Virus record (IMG/VR): IMGVR_UViG_3300009647_000160
Length of the DNA: 20,000 bases
DNA from: an uncultured virus (IMG/VR IMGVR_UViG_3300009647_000160)
Taxonomy: Duplodnaviria > Heunggongvirae > Uroviricota > Caudoviricetes
Direction: 5' to 3' (one strand)
Below the pieces are notes generated by a model. The model saw only the letters and a list, made by a program, of their open reading frames with translations, made no database searches and was not told where the DNA came from. A program made the position numbers and the translations under genes. Positions 6,900 to 16,056 of the stretch are shown here, piece after piece. The stretch's first letter is position 1. Each line of letters starts with the position of its first letter.

Positions 6900-9764
6900 A
6901 TGAAAACCTTAGAAATAGATATTGAGACATACAGCAGCGCCGATCTTTCCAAATGCGGCGTATATAAATATGTAGAAGCACCCGATTTCGGAATCATCCT
7001 CTTTGGATATAGCATAGACGGCGGCGAGGTATGCGTGGTCAACTTGGCGCAGGGCGAAACGCTCCCTGCCGAGGTGCTGTCGGCATTGGAGGACGAGTCC
7101 GTCATCAAGTACGCCTTTAATGCCTCTTTTGAACGTGTCTGTATTTCACGCTTTCTTGGCTACACGACCGGGGAGTATCTTGACCCGTCATCATGGCGCT
7201 GCTCCATGATATGGTCGGCGTATCTCGGCCTGCCGCTGTCTCTGAAGGGCGTCGGCACGGTGCTCGGCTTGGACAAACAGAAGATGGACGAGGGCAAAGA
7301 CCTCATCAAGTTCTTCTGCCAGCCCTGTGCGCCGACAAAAGCCAATGGCGGCAGGACGCGCAATCTTCCATCCGACGCGCCGGACAAGTGGGCTACCTTC
7401 AAAGACTATAATAAACGGGACGTTGAGGTGGAAATGCTGATACAGCGGAAGCTCGCCAAGTTCCCAGTGCCGGACAGCGTCTGGGACGAGTACCACTTAA
7501 GCGAAGAGATAAACGACCGGGGCATCCGTGTAGATATGCCCTTCGTAAAACGAGCCATCGCTTTTGACGAGCGGTCACGCGCCCAGCTCTCTGCCGCAAT
7601 GCAGAATATTACGGAACTGGACAATCCCAACTCCGTACAGCAGATGAAATCATGGCTGGCTGAGAACGGCCTCGAAACAGACACGCTCGGCAAAAAGGCG
7701 GTGGCAGCGCTGGTAAAGGACGCTCCCGGAGAGCTTGGCGAGGTATTGCAGCTTCGCCAGCAGCTTGCGAAATCCTCCGTCAAAAAGTACACTGCTATGG
7801 AAAACGCGGTCTGCGCAGATGACCGTGTCAGAGGGATGTTCATGTTTTACGGAGCCAATCGCACTGGACGCTGGTGCTTAACCGGCGACCATGAAGTTCT
7901 CACGGATAATGGTTGGATGCGCCTGGATGAATGGGATGGCGGAAGAATTGCCTGTTGGAATCCGCATGGAGAAACAGTTTCTTTCCAAAAGGCAAAACAA
8001 CTCGCTTTCCCATATCAGGGAGTCATGTTCGAGTATACGGATAAACGCATATCGCAAATTAGCACTCCGGATCACAGAATGTATGTTAAGAAGCGGTATG
8101 GCGGCGAATGGATCACAGATACGGTGCAAAATATGGCAAGTTACCGCCCGTCAATTCCGTTTACAGGATTTCGCCAGACAACATCGGGATTAGAACATGG
8201 TAAACTTCGCGTTATGGTGATGGTGCAAGCGGATGGTCACTACTGTGAAGACGGCACCATTAAACTTGGCTTTACCAAAATCCGAAAAGCGGAACGTTGT
8301 AAATCATTACTTAGGGCAGCAGATATCCAATACTCATATAAAGAGTATACGGATTCGGCAAAGACCCGATTGGCGTTTACCATTCTTTCTCGTGACGTAC
8401 CTTTATGGTTAAGGCAGTTCAAAGATAAAACATTCGGAAGCTGGCTCTTTGATGAAAGTGCAGATGTCTTTTTTGATGAGCTGGTCTACTGGGATGGCTA
8501 TCGCTCTGCAAAAAACAGCATTCAGTATGTTACTTGCAATAAACAGAATGCTGATACAGTGCAGGCGTTCGCTCATATATCAGGTAGAGCGGCATCAATA
8601 AGAACCAAAACAAGAGCTGTTGAACACCCGAATTGGAGCGACGCTTATTATGTGGATATTTGGCTTACTCCCATCAACTGTCACGAAGTCCGTGTTAAAC
8701 CGAAGCTTCATAATTTCGACGGACAAGTATACTGTGCAGAAACCTCAACAGGATATTTCCTCGTTCGTCGAGATGGGAAGGTGTGGGTTACGGGTAACTC
8801 AGGTCGGCTGGTTCAGCTTCAAAATCTGCCGCAGAACCATATTCCCGACCTCGCCGAAGCGCGGAGTCTGGTGGCTGGCGATCACTACGATGCGCTCGAA
8901 ATGCTGTATGAGGATATCCCGGACACTCTCTCCCAGCTTATTCGCACGGCATTCGTGCCGAGAGTCGGGACAAAGTTCATTGTTTCGGACTTCAGTGCCA
9001 TTGAAGCGAGAGTGATTGCGTGGCTTGCCGGGGAAAGCTGGCGCACGGAGGTTTTCCAGAACGGTGGCGACATCTACTGCGCATCCGCTTCAGCCATGTT
9101 CAAAGTTCCAGTGGAAAAGCATGGCGTGAACAGCCATCTGCGGCAAAAAGGCAAGATTGCGGAACTGGCACTTGGCTACGGCGGCTCCGTCGGTGCGCTC
9201 AAAGCAATGGGCGCTTTGGAGATGGGACTGACCGAGGACGAGCTTCAGCCGCTGGTAGACGCGTGGCGAAAATCCAATCAGCGCATCGTGAAGTTCTGGT
9301 GGGATGTCGACCGCGCCGTGAAGACCGCCGTAAAGGAGAAAACCACTGCATCCACAAATGGTGTCAGCTTTTCCTACCAGAGCGGCTTCCTGTTTATTAC
9401 GCTGCCAAGCGGCAGGCGGCTTGCGTATGTGAAGCCGCGCATGGGCGAGAACCGCTTCGGTGGCGAGTCTGTGACTTATGAGGGAATCGGCAGCACGAAG
9501 AAGTGGGAGAGGCTTGAGTCCTATGGCCCCAAATTCGTAGAAAACATTGTTCAGGCAACATCAAGGGATATTCTCATGTATGCCATGCAGACGCTCCGCT
9601 GCTGCTCCATCGTCGCCCATGTGCACGATGAGCTCATTATCGAGTGCGACAAGCAGGTATCAGTGGATGCCATCTGTGAGCAAATGGGTCGGGTTCCGCC
9701 CTGGGCTAAGGGGCTTATACTCCGCGCCGACGGCTACGAATGCGACTTCTACAAAAAAGACTGA
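6900..9764 (+). CDS. Phage family A DNA polymerase precursor containing an intein (954 aa; 646 aa after splicing)
   Basis: Exo I DIETYS, exo II FNASFER, motif A SDFSAIEARV, motif B RQKGKIAELALGYG, motif C HVHDE; GGAGG RBS before ATG 6900. Confidence 0.95.
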   Translation: MKTLEIDIETYSSADLSKCGVYKYVEAPDFGIILFGYSIDGGEVCVVNLAQGETLPAEVLSALEDESVIKYAFNASFERVCISRFLGYTTGEYLDPSSWRCSMIWSAYLGLPLSLKGVGTVLGLDKQKMDEGKDLIKFFCQPCAPTKANGGRTRNLPSDAPDKWATFKDYNKRDVEVEMLIQRKLAKFPVPDSVWDEYHLSEEINDRGIRVDMPFVKRAIAFDERSRAQLSAAMQNITELDNPNSVQQMKSWLAENGLETDTLGKKAVAALVKDAPGELGEVLQLRQQLAKSSVKKYTAMENAVCADDRVRGMFMFYGANRTGRWCLTGDHEVLTDNGWMRLDEWDGGRIACWNPHGETVSFQKAKQLAFPYQGVMFEYTDKRISQISTPDHRMYVKKRYGGEWITDTVQNMASYRPSIPFTGFRQTTSGLEHGKLRVMVMVQADGHYCEDGTIKLGFTKIRKAERCKSLLRAADIQYSYKEYTDSAKTRLAFTILSRDVPLWLRQFKDKTFGSWLFDESADVFFDELVYWDGYRSAKNSIQYVTCNKQNADTVQAFAHISGRAASIRTKTRAVEHPNWSDAYYVDIWLTPINCHEVRVKPKLHNFDGQVYCAETSTGYFLVRRDGKVWVTGNSGRLVQLQNLPQNHIPDLAEARSLVAGDHYDALEMLYEDIPDTLSQLIRTAFVPRVGTKFIVSDFSAIEARVIAWLAGESWRTEVFQNGGDIYCASASAMFKVPVEKHGVNSHLRQKGKIAELALGYGGSVGALKAMGALEMGLTEDELQPLVDAWRKSNQRIVKFWWDVDRAVKTAVKEKTTASTNGVSFSYQSGFLFITLPSGRRLAYVKPRMGENRFGGESVTYEGIGSTKKWERLESYGPKFVENIVQATSRDILMYAMQTLRCCSIVAHVHDELIIECDKQVSVDAICEQMGRVPPWAKGLILRADGYECDFYKKD
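7875..8798 (+). mobile_element. Intein with LAGLIDADG-type homing endonuclease (308 aa)
   Basis: Interrupts conserved RTGRW|SGR. Starts CLTGDHEVLT, block B TPDH, endonuclease-like MVQADG and LVYWDG, ends RRDGKVWVTGN with +1 Ser. Visibly more AT-rich than its flanks. Confidence 0.95.
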
Positions 9765-9768
9765 TGAA

Positions 9769-9809
9769 GCGGCACTGAGTCCAGCTTTGGGCTTAGTGCT
9801 GTTCTTATT
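9769..9809 (+). terminator. Intrinsic terminator after the polymerase
   Basis: GCGGCACTGAGTCCA-GCTT-TGGGCTTAGTGCTGT followed by TCTTATT. Confidence 0.75.
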
Positions 9810-9825
9810 AAAAATATATATGATC

Positions 9826-9859
9826 CTTCGTCAAAGTGCTCCGCTTATGTCCAGCGAGT
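9826..9859 (+). promoter_or_regulatory. Element-specific bipartite motif, copy 2
   Basis: CTTCGTCAAA-N11-ATGTCCAGCGAGT, immediately after a terminator and before the second operon. Confidence 0.7.
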
Positions 9860-9904
9860 AGTAAGAGGCGGTAACGCCCGAACTATGAAGGAGGATTATC
9901 CACT

Positions 9905-10174
9905 ATGTTTTATGTAAAAGAGAAAATCAGCGACGCCGTGAATGTGACTGTCGAGATCACCGACGAGAATGTGTTCACGCGCTGTCCTGGCTGCGGCAAC
10001 GAGGTGTGTATTGACCTTGCCGAGCTTTTCAGCGATGGTGAGTGCGACCTGTATGGTACCGCAGTATACTGCGAGGAATGCAGCCTGAAGATTAGGAGCA
10101 ACAAAAAATCGGAGAGAAGTCAAGAAAGTTCATTTGAGTCTCTTTACGAAAGGCGCGGTAATCAACATGAATGA
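9905..10174 (+). CDS. Small Zn-ribbon (2x CxxC) hypothetical phage protein
   Basis: AAGGAGGA RBS; CPGC and CEEC motifs. Confidence 0.8.
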   Translation: MFYVKEKISDAVNVTVEITDENVFTRCPGCGNEVCIDLAELFSDGECDLYGTAVYCEECSLKIRSNKKSERSQESSFESLYERRGNQHE

Positions 10175-10694
10175 AAATAAGATTAAGCCTCACCAGTGGG
10201 TGTATATCATTGAAACCAACTTGAATCGTCTTAAAGTAGGCGTTGCATCCAACCCTGCTGAACGAATTAGCACATTGGAGCGAATTGGGGGTTTTCAGGT
10301 AACACGCCAGAAACTAATAGGACCTTTTCAAAACGGATATCAGGTAGAAGCTGAGATTCACAAGCGGTTTAACGCACAGAGAATTATTGGAGAGTGGTTT
10401 TCCGTATCATTTGAAGATGGTGTTCAGCTTGCTACATCCGTTGCCAAAGAAATAGGCGATAGCCGCATTGTAAATTGTAATAATACGGGTGATTGCCAGG
10501 AAATATTGGATGCGATGTGTCCTGATCATCAGATTATCTCTGACTTTTTGGAGGCCATATATAACGTCAACATAAAAATAACACAGGATGAAGACGAAAC
10601 GATATGGCTTGAATCCGAAGAATACGGGTTATTCAAACCGGATTTTCTGCAAGCGTTTATGAAGTTGGAAAAGATAGGAGACGCAGCTTTATGA
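10167..10694 (+). CDS. GIY-YIG superfamily (T5orf172/MUG113-like) nuclease-domain protein, 175 aa
   Basis: WVYII...LKVGVASNPAERISTL...VEAEIHKRF...RIIGEWF is the T5orf172 signature; AT-rich. Confidence 0.8.
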   Translation: MNENKIKPHQWVYIIETNLNRLKVGVASNPAERISTLERIGGFQVTRQKLIGPFQNGYQVEAEIHKRFNAQRIIGEWFSVSFEDGVQLATSVAKEIGDSRIVNCNNTGDCQEILDAMCPDHQIISDFLEAIYNVNIKITQDEDETIWLESEEYGLFKPDFLQAFMKLEKIGDAAL

Positions 10695-11122
10695 GCATAA
10701 ATAAGTTTAACTCCGATGGCTACTACGACCCAACGGCTCATGCCGCGCTTTCCGTCATCGAAGCCGAGGAAAAGGCGCTCCGGGCGTTTCGCCCTATCGT
10801 TTATATCTGCTCTCCGTTTTCAGGCGACGTGGACGGCAACGTCGCGGCGGCGCAGCGGTACAGCCGATTTGCCGTGGACAAGGGTTATATCCCCATCGCT
10901 CCGCATCTGCTGTTTCCGCAATTCCTCAACGACAACGATCCGAAGGAACGCCAGCTCGGATTGTTCTTCGGCAGCGCCCTGATGAGCAAATGCGCCGAGG
11001 TATGGGTGTTCGGCGGCCACATCTCAGCCGGTATGGAGGCCGAAATCAAACGCGCCAAGTGGAAGGATTACCGCTTGCGCTACTTTACAGAAAACTGCGA
11101 GGAGGTCAGCGAATATGCGTGA
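10691..11122 (+). CDS. DUF4406-like (nucleoside 2-deoxyribosyltransferase-like fold) phage protein
   Basis: VYICSPFSG, PIAPHL, CAEVWVFG..ISAGMEAEI motifs; ATGA coupling to the upstream gene. Confidence 0.75.
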   Translation: MSINKFNSDGYYDPTAHAALSVIEAEEKALRAFRPIVYICSPFSGDVDGNVAAAQRYSRFAVDKGYIPIAPHLLFPQFLNDNDPKERQLGLFFGSALMSKCAEVWVFGGHISAGMEAEIKRAKWKDYRLRYFTENCEEVSEYA

Positions 11123-13448
11123 ATTGAAGATTGCCTTCGGTAACTCCCGTCAGGCAAAATTCTGGTCGAATAAGACTATGTCCTTCGGTGACATATGCGA
11201 CCGACTGAAAACGCCAATACGCACTACTGAAACAGCCGAAGAATATGCCAAGCTCCCGAAGCCCAAGCGTGATGAAATAAAAGATAAGGGTGGCTTCGTC
11301 GGCGGGCATTTGCGAGACAACCTTCGCAAGGTTGGAAATGTCTCCTGCCGCTCTCTGTGGACGCCCGATATCGATAATGCTACGCCGGAGTTCGTCGCAG
11401 CGTTGGAGAATAAGCTGAATTTCAGGTGCGCGGTGTATTCCACACACAGCCACACGCCGGAAGCGCCCCGTCTCCGTATCGTCGCGCCCTTCACAAGAGA
11501 TGTTTCTGCTGACGAGTTTGTGGCGGTATCCCGCTATATGGCTGCGGAGCTCGGTATCGATATGTTTGACGAGTGTTCCTTTATACCAAACCAGCTCATG
11601 TACTGGCCGACCTGCCCGTCAAACGGTGAATATATCTGCGAGTTCTTTGACGGCGAGCTGCTTGACCCGGATAAAATTCTGGCGGCGTACCCCAATTGGC
11701 AGGATTGCTCTTTACTACCCACCACCTCGCGGGAAAGCAAGGTCAGCAAGCCGAGTCAGAAGCCGCAGGAGGACCCTCTCGCCAAGTCCAGCGTAGTCGG
11801 TGCGTTCTGCCGTGCCTATTCAATTACGGCAGCAATCGACAAGTTTCTCTCAGATATTTATGCTCCGTCGGTTGCAGAAGGGCGTTATGACTACATCTCC
11901 GGCGAAAGCACTGCCGGTGTCGTGATCTACGATGACAAGTTCGCGTACAGTCACCACGCGACCGACCCCGCCTGCGGCAAGCTGCTTAACGCTTTTGACC
12001 TCGTGCGCATACACAAGTTTGGTGGCGACGATGAGAAAAAGTCCTTTGCTGCTATGACGGATTTTGCAATAAAGGATGATACCGTGAAGTCGCAGCTTGC
12101 GACGGAGCGCATGGAACAGGCAAACGCCGACTTCTCCGATGCCGATTGGCAGAAGGCTCTGGTGCTGGACAAACAGGGACACGTCAAGGATACGCTCGAT
12201 AATTTGGTAATTATCCTGCGCCATGATGAGGCTCTGCAGCACATCGCGTTCAACTGCCATCGTGACGGCATCGACGCAAAGGGTGGTCTGCCGTGGGAGC
12301 AGCTTAAGGACGGATGGAACGACTCCGACAACGCCGCGCTCAAGGTGTATCTGTCAAACACCTACGGCCTCTATTCACCTACCAAGACGAAGGATGCTGT
12401 GTTGGCGGTCGCTGCTGAAAAGGCATATCACCCCATAAAGGAGTATCTGGAGGAACTGCCCGCTTGGGATGGCACTCCCCGCGTGGAGACACTGTTCATT
12501 AATTACTTCGGCGCGGCGGACACTACTTACACAAGAGCAGTCAGTCGCAAATCTATGGTGGCGGCGGTCGCTCGAATCTATCAGCCAGGCACAAAGTTTG
12601 ACAGTGTTCCAATATTGAACGGACCTCAGGGCATCGGAAAATCGACCTTCTTTGCAAAGCTGGCTGGCGAGTGGTTTTCGGACAGCTTGACTCTTACGGA
12701 TATGCGCGACAAGGCAGGACCCGAAAAACTGCAGGGCTATTGGATACTGGAGCTTGGCGAACTTGCCGGAATGCGCAAGGCAGATGTCGAAACGGTGAAG
12801 TCCTTCATCTCCCGTGTGGACGATAAGTATCGCGCCAGCTACGGCGTAAGCGTGGAAAGCCATCCGAGGCAGTGTGTCATTGTCGGATCGACAAATGCGG
12901 AATCCGGCTTTCTTCGAGATATCACCGGCAACCGCCGCTTCTGGCCTATTCCAGTCAGCGGTAGCTCCCGTAAAAAGGCATGGCAGATTACGAAGGATGA
13001 AGTTGCTCAGATTTGGGCTGAGACGCTGGTGCTCTATCGCCGAGGCGAAAAGCTCTACCTTGAAGGCGAAGATGCTGTGCTGGCAGTCGCGGAACAGGCG
13101 GATGCTATGGAGACAGATGAGCGCGAAGGGCTGGTGCGAAAGTACCTTGATACCTTGCTGCCGGATAACTGGGATGAGCTCGACATTTTTGAGCGCCGCA
13201 ACTTTTTGAGCGGCACTGGTGTTGCTGACATCGGCAAACAAGGCACAGTGCAGCGCAAGCTGGTATGCAATCTGGAAATCTGGTGCGAGTGCTTTGGTAA
13301 AGACCCGTCAGCACTAAAGAAGGTGGACTCCTATGAACTCGGCTCTATCATGCAAAAACTGGAGTCTTGGGAGAAGTACACTGGAACAAGACAAGGAACA
13401 AGCAACTTCACCCACTACGGAAAACAGCGAGCTTATTCCAGAAAGTAA
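11115..13448 (+). CDS. VapE/VirE-family primase-helicase, 777 aa
   Basis: N-terminal primase-like GGFVGG, YSTHSH..PRLR; C-terminal Walker A GPQGIGKST, Walker B ILELGEL, GSTN..FLRDITGNRRFWP. Confidence 0.92.
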   Translation: MRELKIAFGNSRQAKFWSNKTMSFGDICDRLKTPIRTTETAEEYAKLPKPKRDEIKDKGGFVGGHLRDNLRKVGNVSCRSLWTPDIDNATPEFVAALENKLNFRCAVYSTHSHTPEAPRLRIVAPFTRDVSADEFVAVSRYMAAELGIDMFDECSFIPNQLMYWPTCPSNGEYICEFFDGELLDPDKILAAYPNWQDCSLLPTTSRESKVSKPSQKPQEDPLAKSSVVGAFCRAYSITAAIDKFLSDIYAPSVAEGRYDYISGESTAGVVIYDDKFAYSHHATDPACGKLLNAFDLVRIHKFGGDDEKKSFAAMTDFAIKDDTVKSQLATERMEQANADFSDADWQKALVLDKQGHVKDTLDNLVIILRHDEALQHIAFNCHRDGIDAKGGLPWEQLKDGWNDSDNAALKVYLSNTYGLYSPTKTKDAVLAVAAEKAYHPIKEYLEELPAWDGTPRVETLFINYFGAADTTYTRAVSRKSMVAAVARIYQPGTKFDSVPILNGPQGIGKSTFFAKLAGEWFSDSLTLTDMRDKAGPEKLQGYWILELGELAGMRKADVETVKSFISRVDDKYRASYGVSVESHPRQCVIVGSTNAESGFLRDITGNRRFWPIPVSGSSRKKAWQITKDEVAQIWAETLVLYRRGEKLYLEGEDAVLAVAEQADAMETDEREGLVRKYLDTLLPDNWDELDIFERRNFLSGTGVADIGKQGTVQRKLVCNLEIWCECFGKDPSALKKVDSYELGSIMQKLESWEKYTGTRQGTSNFTHYGKQRAYSRK

Positions 13449-13654
13449 CGGAACGAGCGGACTCGTTCCCACGCTTGTTCCAGTGCTTGTTACGGCTTAA
13501 TCCCTTATAGAATGGAGGTTTTCGGGCATTGCGGAACAAGAGAACAAGAATTTACCTATTGGTATATATCATAAAAAAAGAGGTAGTAAAGGAACGCAAA
13601 TATGGGTGCGTGCGCGTGTATAGGAAATGTTGTTCTTCTTGTTCCGCTTGTTCC
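13383..13654. repeat. GGAACAAG iteron cluster in direct and inverted orientation (putative replication origin)
   Basis: GGAAC(A/G)AG at 13383, 13395, 13450, 13533 and variant at 13541; CT(T/C)GTTCC at 13462, 13474, 13638, 13647 and variants at 13486, 13629. Confidence 0.8.
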
Positions 13655-13665
13655 GGCAGATAAAT

Positions 13666-13947
13666 ATGAGAGAAAAAACGATTGAACACAAGTTGACAAT
13701 CGCGGCAAAAAACATGGGAGGCATCGCGCTGAAGTTCGTAAGTCCGGGTATTGACGGAATGCCTGACCGCATCGTGCTTTTGCCGGACGGTCATGTGGGC
13801 TTCGTGGAAGTGAAGGCAACCGGTGAAAAACCGCGTCCTTTACAGCTCGCGAGACATGAGCTGCTTCAACGGCTCGGCTTCAAAGTATACGTGCTGGACG
13901 ATGAACAGCAGATTGGAGGAATTCTTGATGAAATACGAACCACATAA
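13666..13947 (+). CDS. VRR-NUC domain nuclease, 93 aa
   Basis: MREKTIE..L, KFVSPG..GMPDRIVL, FVEVK, PRPLQ motifs. Confidence 0.92.
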   Translation: MREKTIEHKLTIAAKNMGGIALKFVSPGIDGMPDRIVLLPDGHVGFVEVKATGEKPRPLQLARHELLQRLGFKVYVLDDEQQIGGILDEIRTT

Positions 13948-15292
13948 CTACCAGACCTTTGCTATCAACTACATCGAGGAGCACCCAATCGCCGCTGTTC
14001 TGCTTGACATGGGGCTTGGTAAAACGAGCATCACGCTTACCGCGCTAAATGACCTGCTGTTTGACAGCTTCGAGGCGCATCGCATTCTGGTCATTGCACC
14101 ACTGCGAGTAGCACGGGATACATGGCCTGCTGAAGTAGATAAGTGGGATCACCTACAGAGCCTCATCTGCTCCGTGGCAGTAGGCACCGAGTCAGAACGC
14201 CGGTCGGCACTTTTGAATCCCGCTGACATCTATATCATCAACCGTGAAAATGTCCAGTGGCTCATTGAGGACAGCAAGCTGCCATTCAATTATGACACCG
14301 TTGTAGTGGACGAACTTTCCTCCTTTAAGAATTATCAAGCAAAGCGGTTCCGGGCGATGATGAAAGTCCGACCGACTGTTAAACGCATCATCGGGCTGAC
14401 CGGCACTCCTTCCGCAAATGGTCTTATGGATTTATGGGCGGAATTCCGGCTTCTGGATATGGGTGCTCGGCTCGGACGGTTCATCAGCCACTACCGGCTT
14501 GAATACTTCCAGCCGGATAAACGCAATGGGCAGGTCATCTTCAGCTACAAGCCACTACCCGGCGCAGAGCAGCGGATATATGACAAAATTTCCGACATCA
14601 CCATCAGCATGAAATCCACCGACCTTCTGAAAATGCCGGAGCTCATCAGCAGCGAATATACAGTGCGGCTCTCCGATGATGAGAAAAAGCGATACAACGA
14701 ATTGAAGCAAGATCTCGTATTGCAGCTTCCGGGTGGCGATATTACTGCCGCCAATGCAGCCGCTCTCACCGGCAAGCTGTGCCAGATGGCAAACGGCGCT
14801 ATTTATACCGACGATGGCAGCACCATCACGATTCACGACCGAAAGCTCGATGCGTTGGAGGACATAATCGAAGCCGCCGGTGACAAGCCGCTTCTGGTGG
14901 CGTACTGGTTCAAGCATGATCTTGTCCGTATCACCGAGCGACTGCAAAAGCTCCACGTCCCATACTCCAAGCTGGACAGTACCGAAAGCATAAAACGATG
15001 GAATGATGGTGAGCTTCCCGTGGCACTGGTACATCCCGCCTCTGCCGGTCATGGGCTAAACCTGCAAAGCGGCGGTTCCTGCATCGTCTGGTTCGGGCTG
15101 ACCTGGTCGCTGGAGCTTTATCAGCAGACCAATGCCCGTCTCTGGCGGCAGGGACAAAGTGCCGAAACGGTTGTGGTGCAGCACATCGTTACCAAAGGCA
15201 CTATCGACGAACGGATTCTGAAGGTGCTGTCTAAAAAGGACAACACACAGGCTGCGTTAATCGAAGCGGTAAAAGCTGACCTGCAAATCTGA
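13928..15292 (+). CDS. SNF2-like helicase, 454 aa
   Basis: DMGLGKT, VVVDELS, GLTGTP, SAGHGLNLQ, QTNARLWRQGQ; GGAGGA RBS. Confidence 0.93.
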   Translation: MKYEPHNYQTFAINYIEEHPIAAVLLDMGLGKTSITLTALNDLLFDSFEAHRILVIAPLRVARDTWPAEVDKWDHLQSLICSVAVGTESERRSALLNPADIYIINRENVQWLIEDSKLPFNYDTVVVDELSSFKNYQAKRFRAMMKVRPTVKRIIGLTGTPSANGLMDLWAEFRLLDMGARLGRFISHYRLEYFQPDKRNGQVIFSYKPLPGAEQRIYDKISDITISMKSTDLLKMPELISSEYTVRLSDDEKKRYNELKQDLVLQLPGGDITAANAAALTGKLCQMANGAIYTDDGSTITIHDRKLDALEDIIEAAGDKPLLVAYWFKHDLVRITERLQKLHVPYSKLDSTESIKRWNDGELPVALVHPASAGHGLNLQSGGSCIVWFGLTWSLELYQQTNARLWRQGQSAETVVVQHIVTKGTIDERILKVLSKKDNTQAALIEAVKADLQI

Positions 15293-15320
15293 GTCAATCA
15301 ACGACAATCAGTGCCAATCC
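15281..15320 (+). repeat. Four 10-bp-phased xxGx(C/A)AATCx units
   Basis: CTGCAAATCT GAGTCAATCA ACGACAATCA GTGCCAATCC. Confidence 0.7.
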
Positions 15321-15350
15321 GAGAGAAATAAAATATCGGAGGTACAGATT

Positions 15351-15635
15351 ATGGATACACCTTATGAAAATCTGGCAAACGCCATCGTGATACAAGCAGT
15401 CAAGGATTATCGTCAAGCTCTGCGATTCTTAAAGCATCATCCACATACACCGGACATCGATACTGAGGAAGCCAAAGCAAATAAACACAAGCGTGTCCTT
15501 CGCAATAAAATTCTTGAGCATGAATGCGAAAGGGACGACATTGAGCGGTTCTTCCGCTCCGGTTGGTTTGAGACGCTCTCCAATCTGGATGGCGAAACTC
15601 TCCTGGGGCAGATTCGTGCAATGGAGGTGCTGTGA
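15351..15635 (+). CDS. Hypothetical phage protein, 94 aa
   Basis: GGAGGT RBS; PYENLANAIVIQAVKDYR...IERFFRSGWF..L..LDG. Confidence 0.85.
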   Translation: MDTPYENLANAIVIQAVKDYRQALRFLKHHPHTPDIDTEEAKANKHKRVLRNKILEHECERDDIERFFRSGWFETLSNLDGETLLGQIRAMEVL

Positions 15636-15636
15636 T

Positions 15637-16056
15637 ATGACTGCTTTGGATTTTCTTAGTCAAGCATACCGCATCGACCTTCGCATTGACAGTAAGCTCG
15701 AACAGATAGCAGCGCTAAACGAGCTGGCGACAAAATGCACATCGACACTCACGGGAATGCCGCACAATCCGAATCACAGCCTGTCCTCTATGTCAGACGC
15801 CGTTACAAAGATAGTTGACCTGCAAACGGAAATCGACCATGACATTCATCAGCTGGTTGATGTAAAGCGTCAAATTGTAACAGCTATAAAGGCTGTGGAC
15901 AACAAGGAATACCAAACGCTACTGGAGCTTCGTTTCCTATGCGGCTGTACTTGGGAAGAAGTATCCGCAAAGATGGGCTACAGCATCCAGCACACCTATC
16001 GGATGCGGGACTGGGCTTTGGCAAAGGTGGTCGTTCCGAAATTGGAGAGTAAATGA
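15637..16056 (+). CDS. DUF1492 / RinA-ArpU-like late transcription regulator, 139 aa
   Basis: GGAGGT RBS; C-terminal sigma region-4-like HTH LLELRFLCGCTWEEVSAKMGYSIQHTYRMRDWAL; sits just before HNH-terS. Confidence 0.8.
   Translation: MTALDFLSQAYRIDLRIDSKLEQIAALNELATKCTSTLTGMPHNPNHSLSSMSDAVTKIVDLQTEIDHDIHQLVDVKRQIVTAIKAVDNKEYQTLLELRFLCGCTWEEVSAKMGYSIQHTYRMRDWALAKVVVPKLESK

Noticed and set aside
12375..13241. 288-aa minus-strand ORF
   Set aside because: Antisense to the conserved VapE ATPase domain; no motifs recognised.
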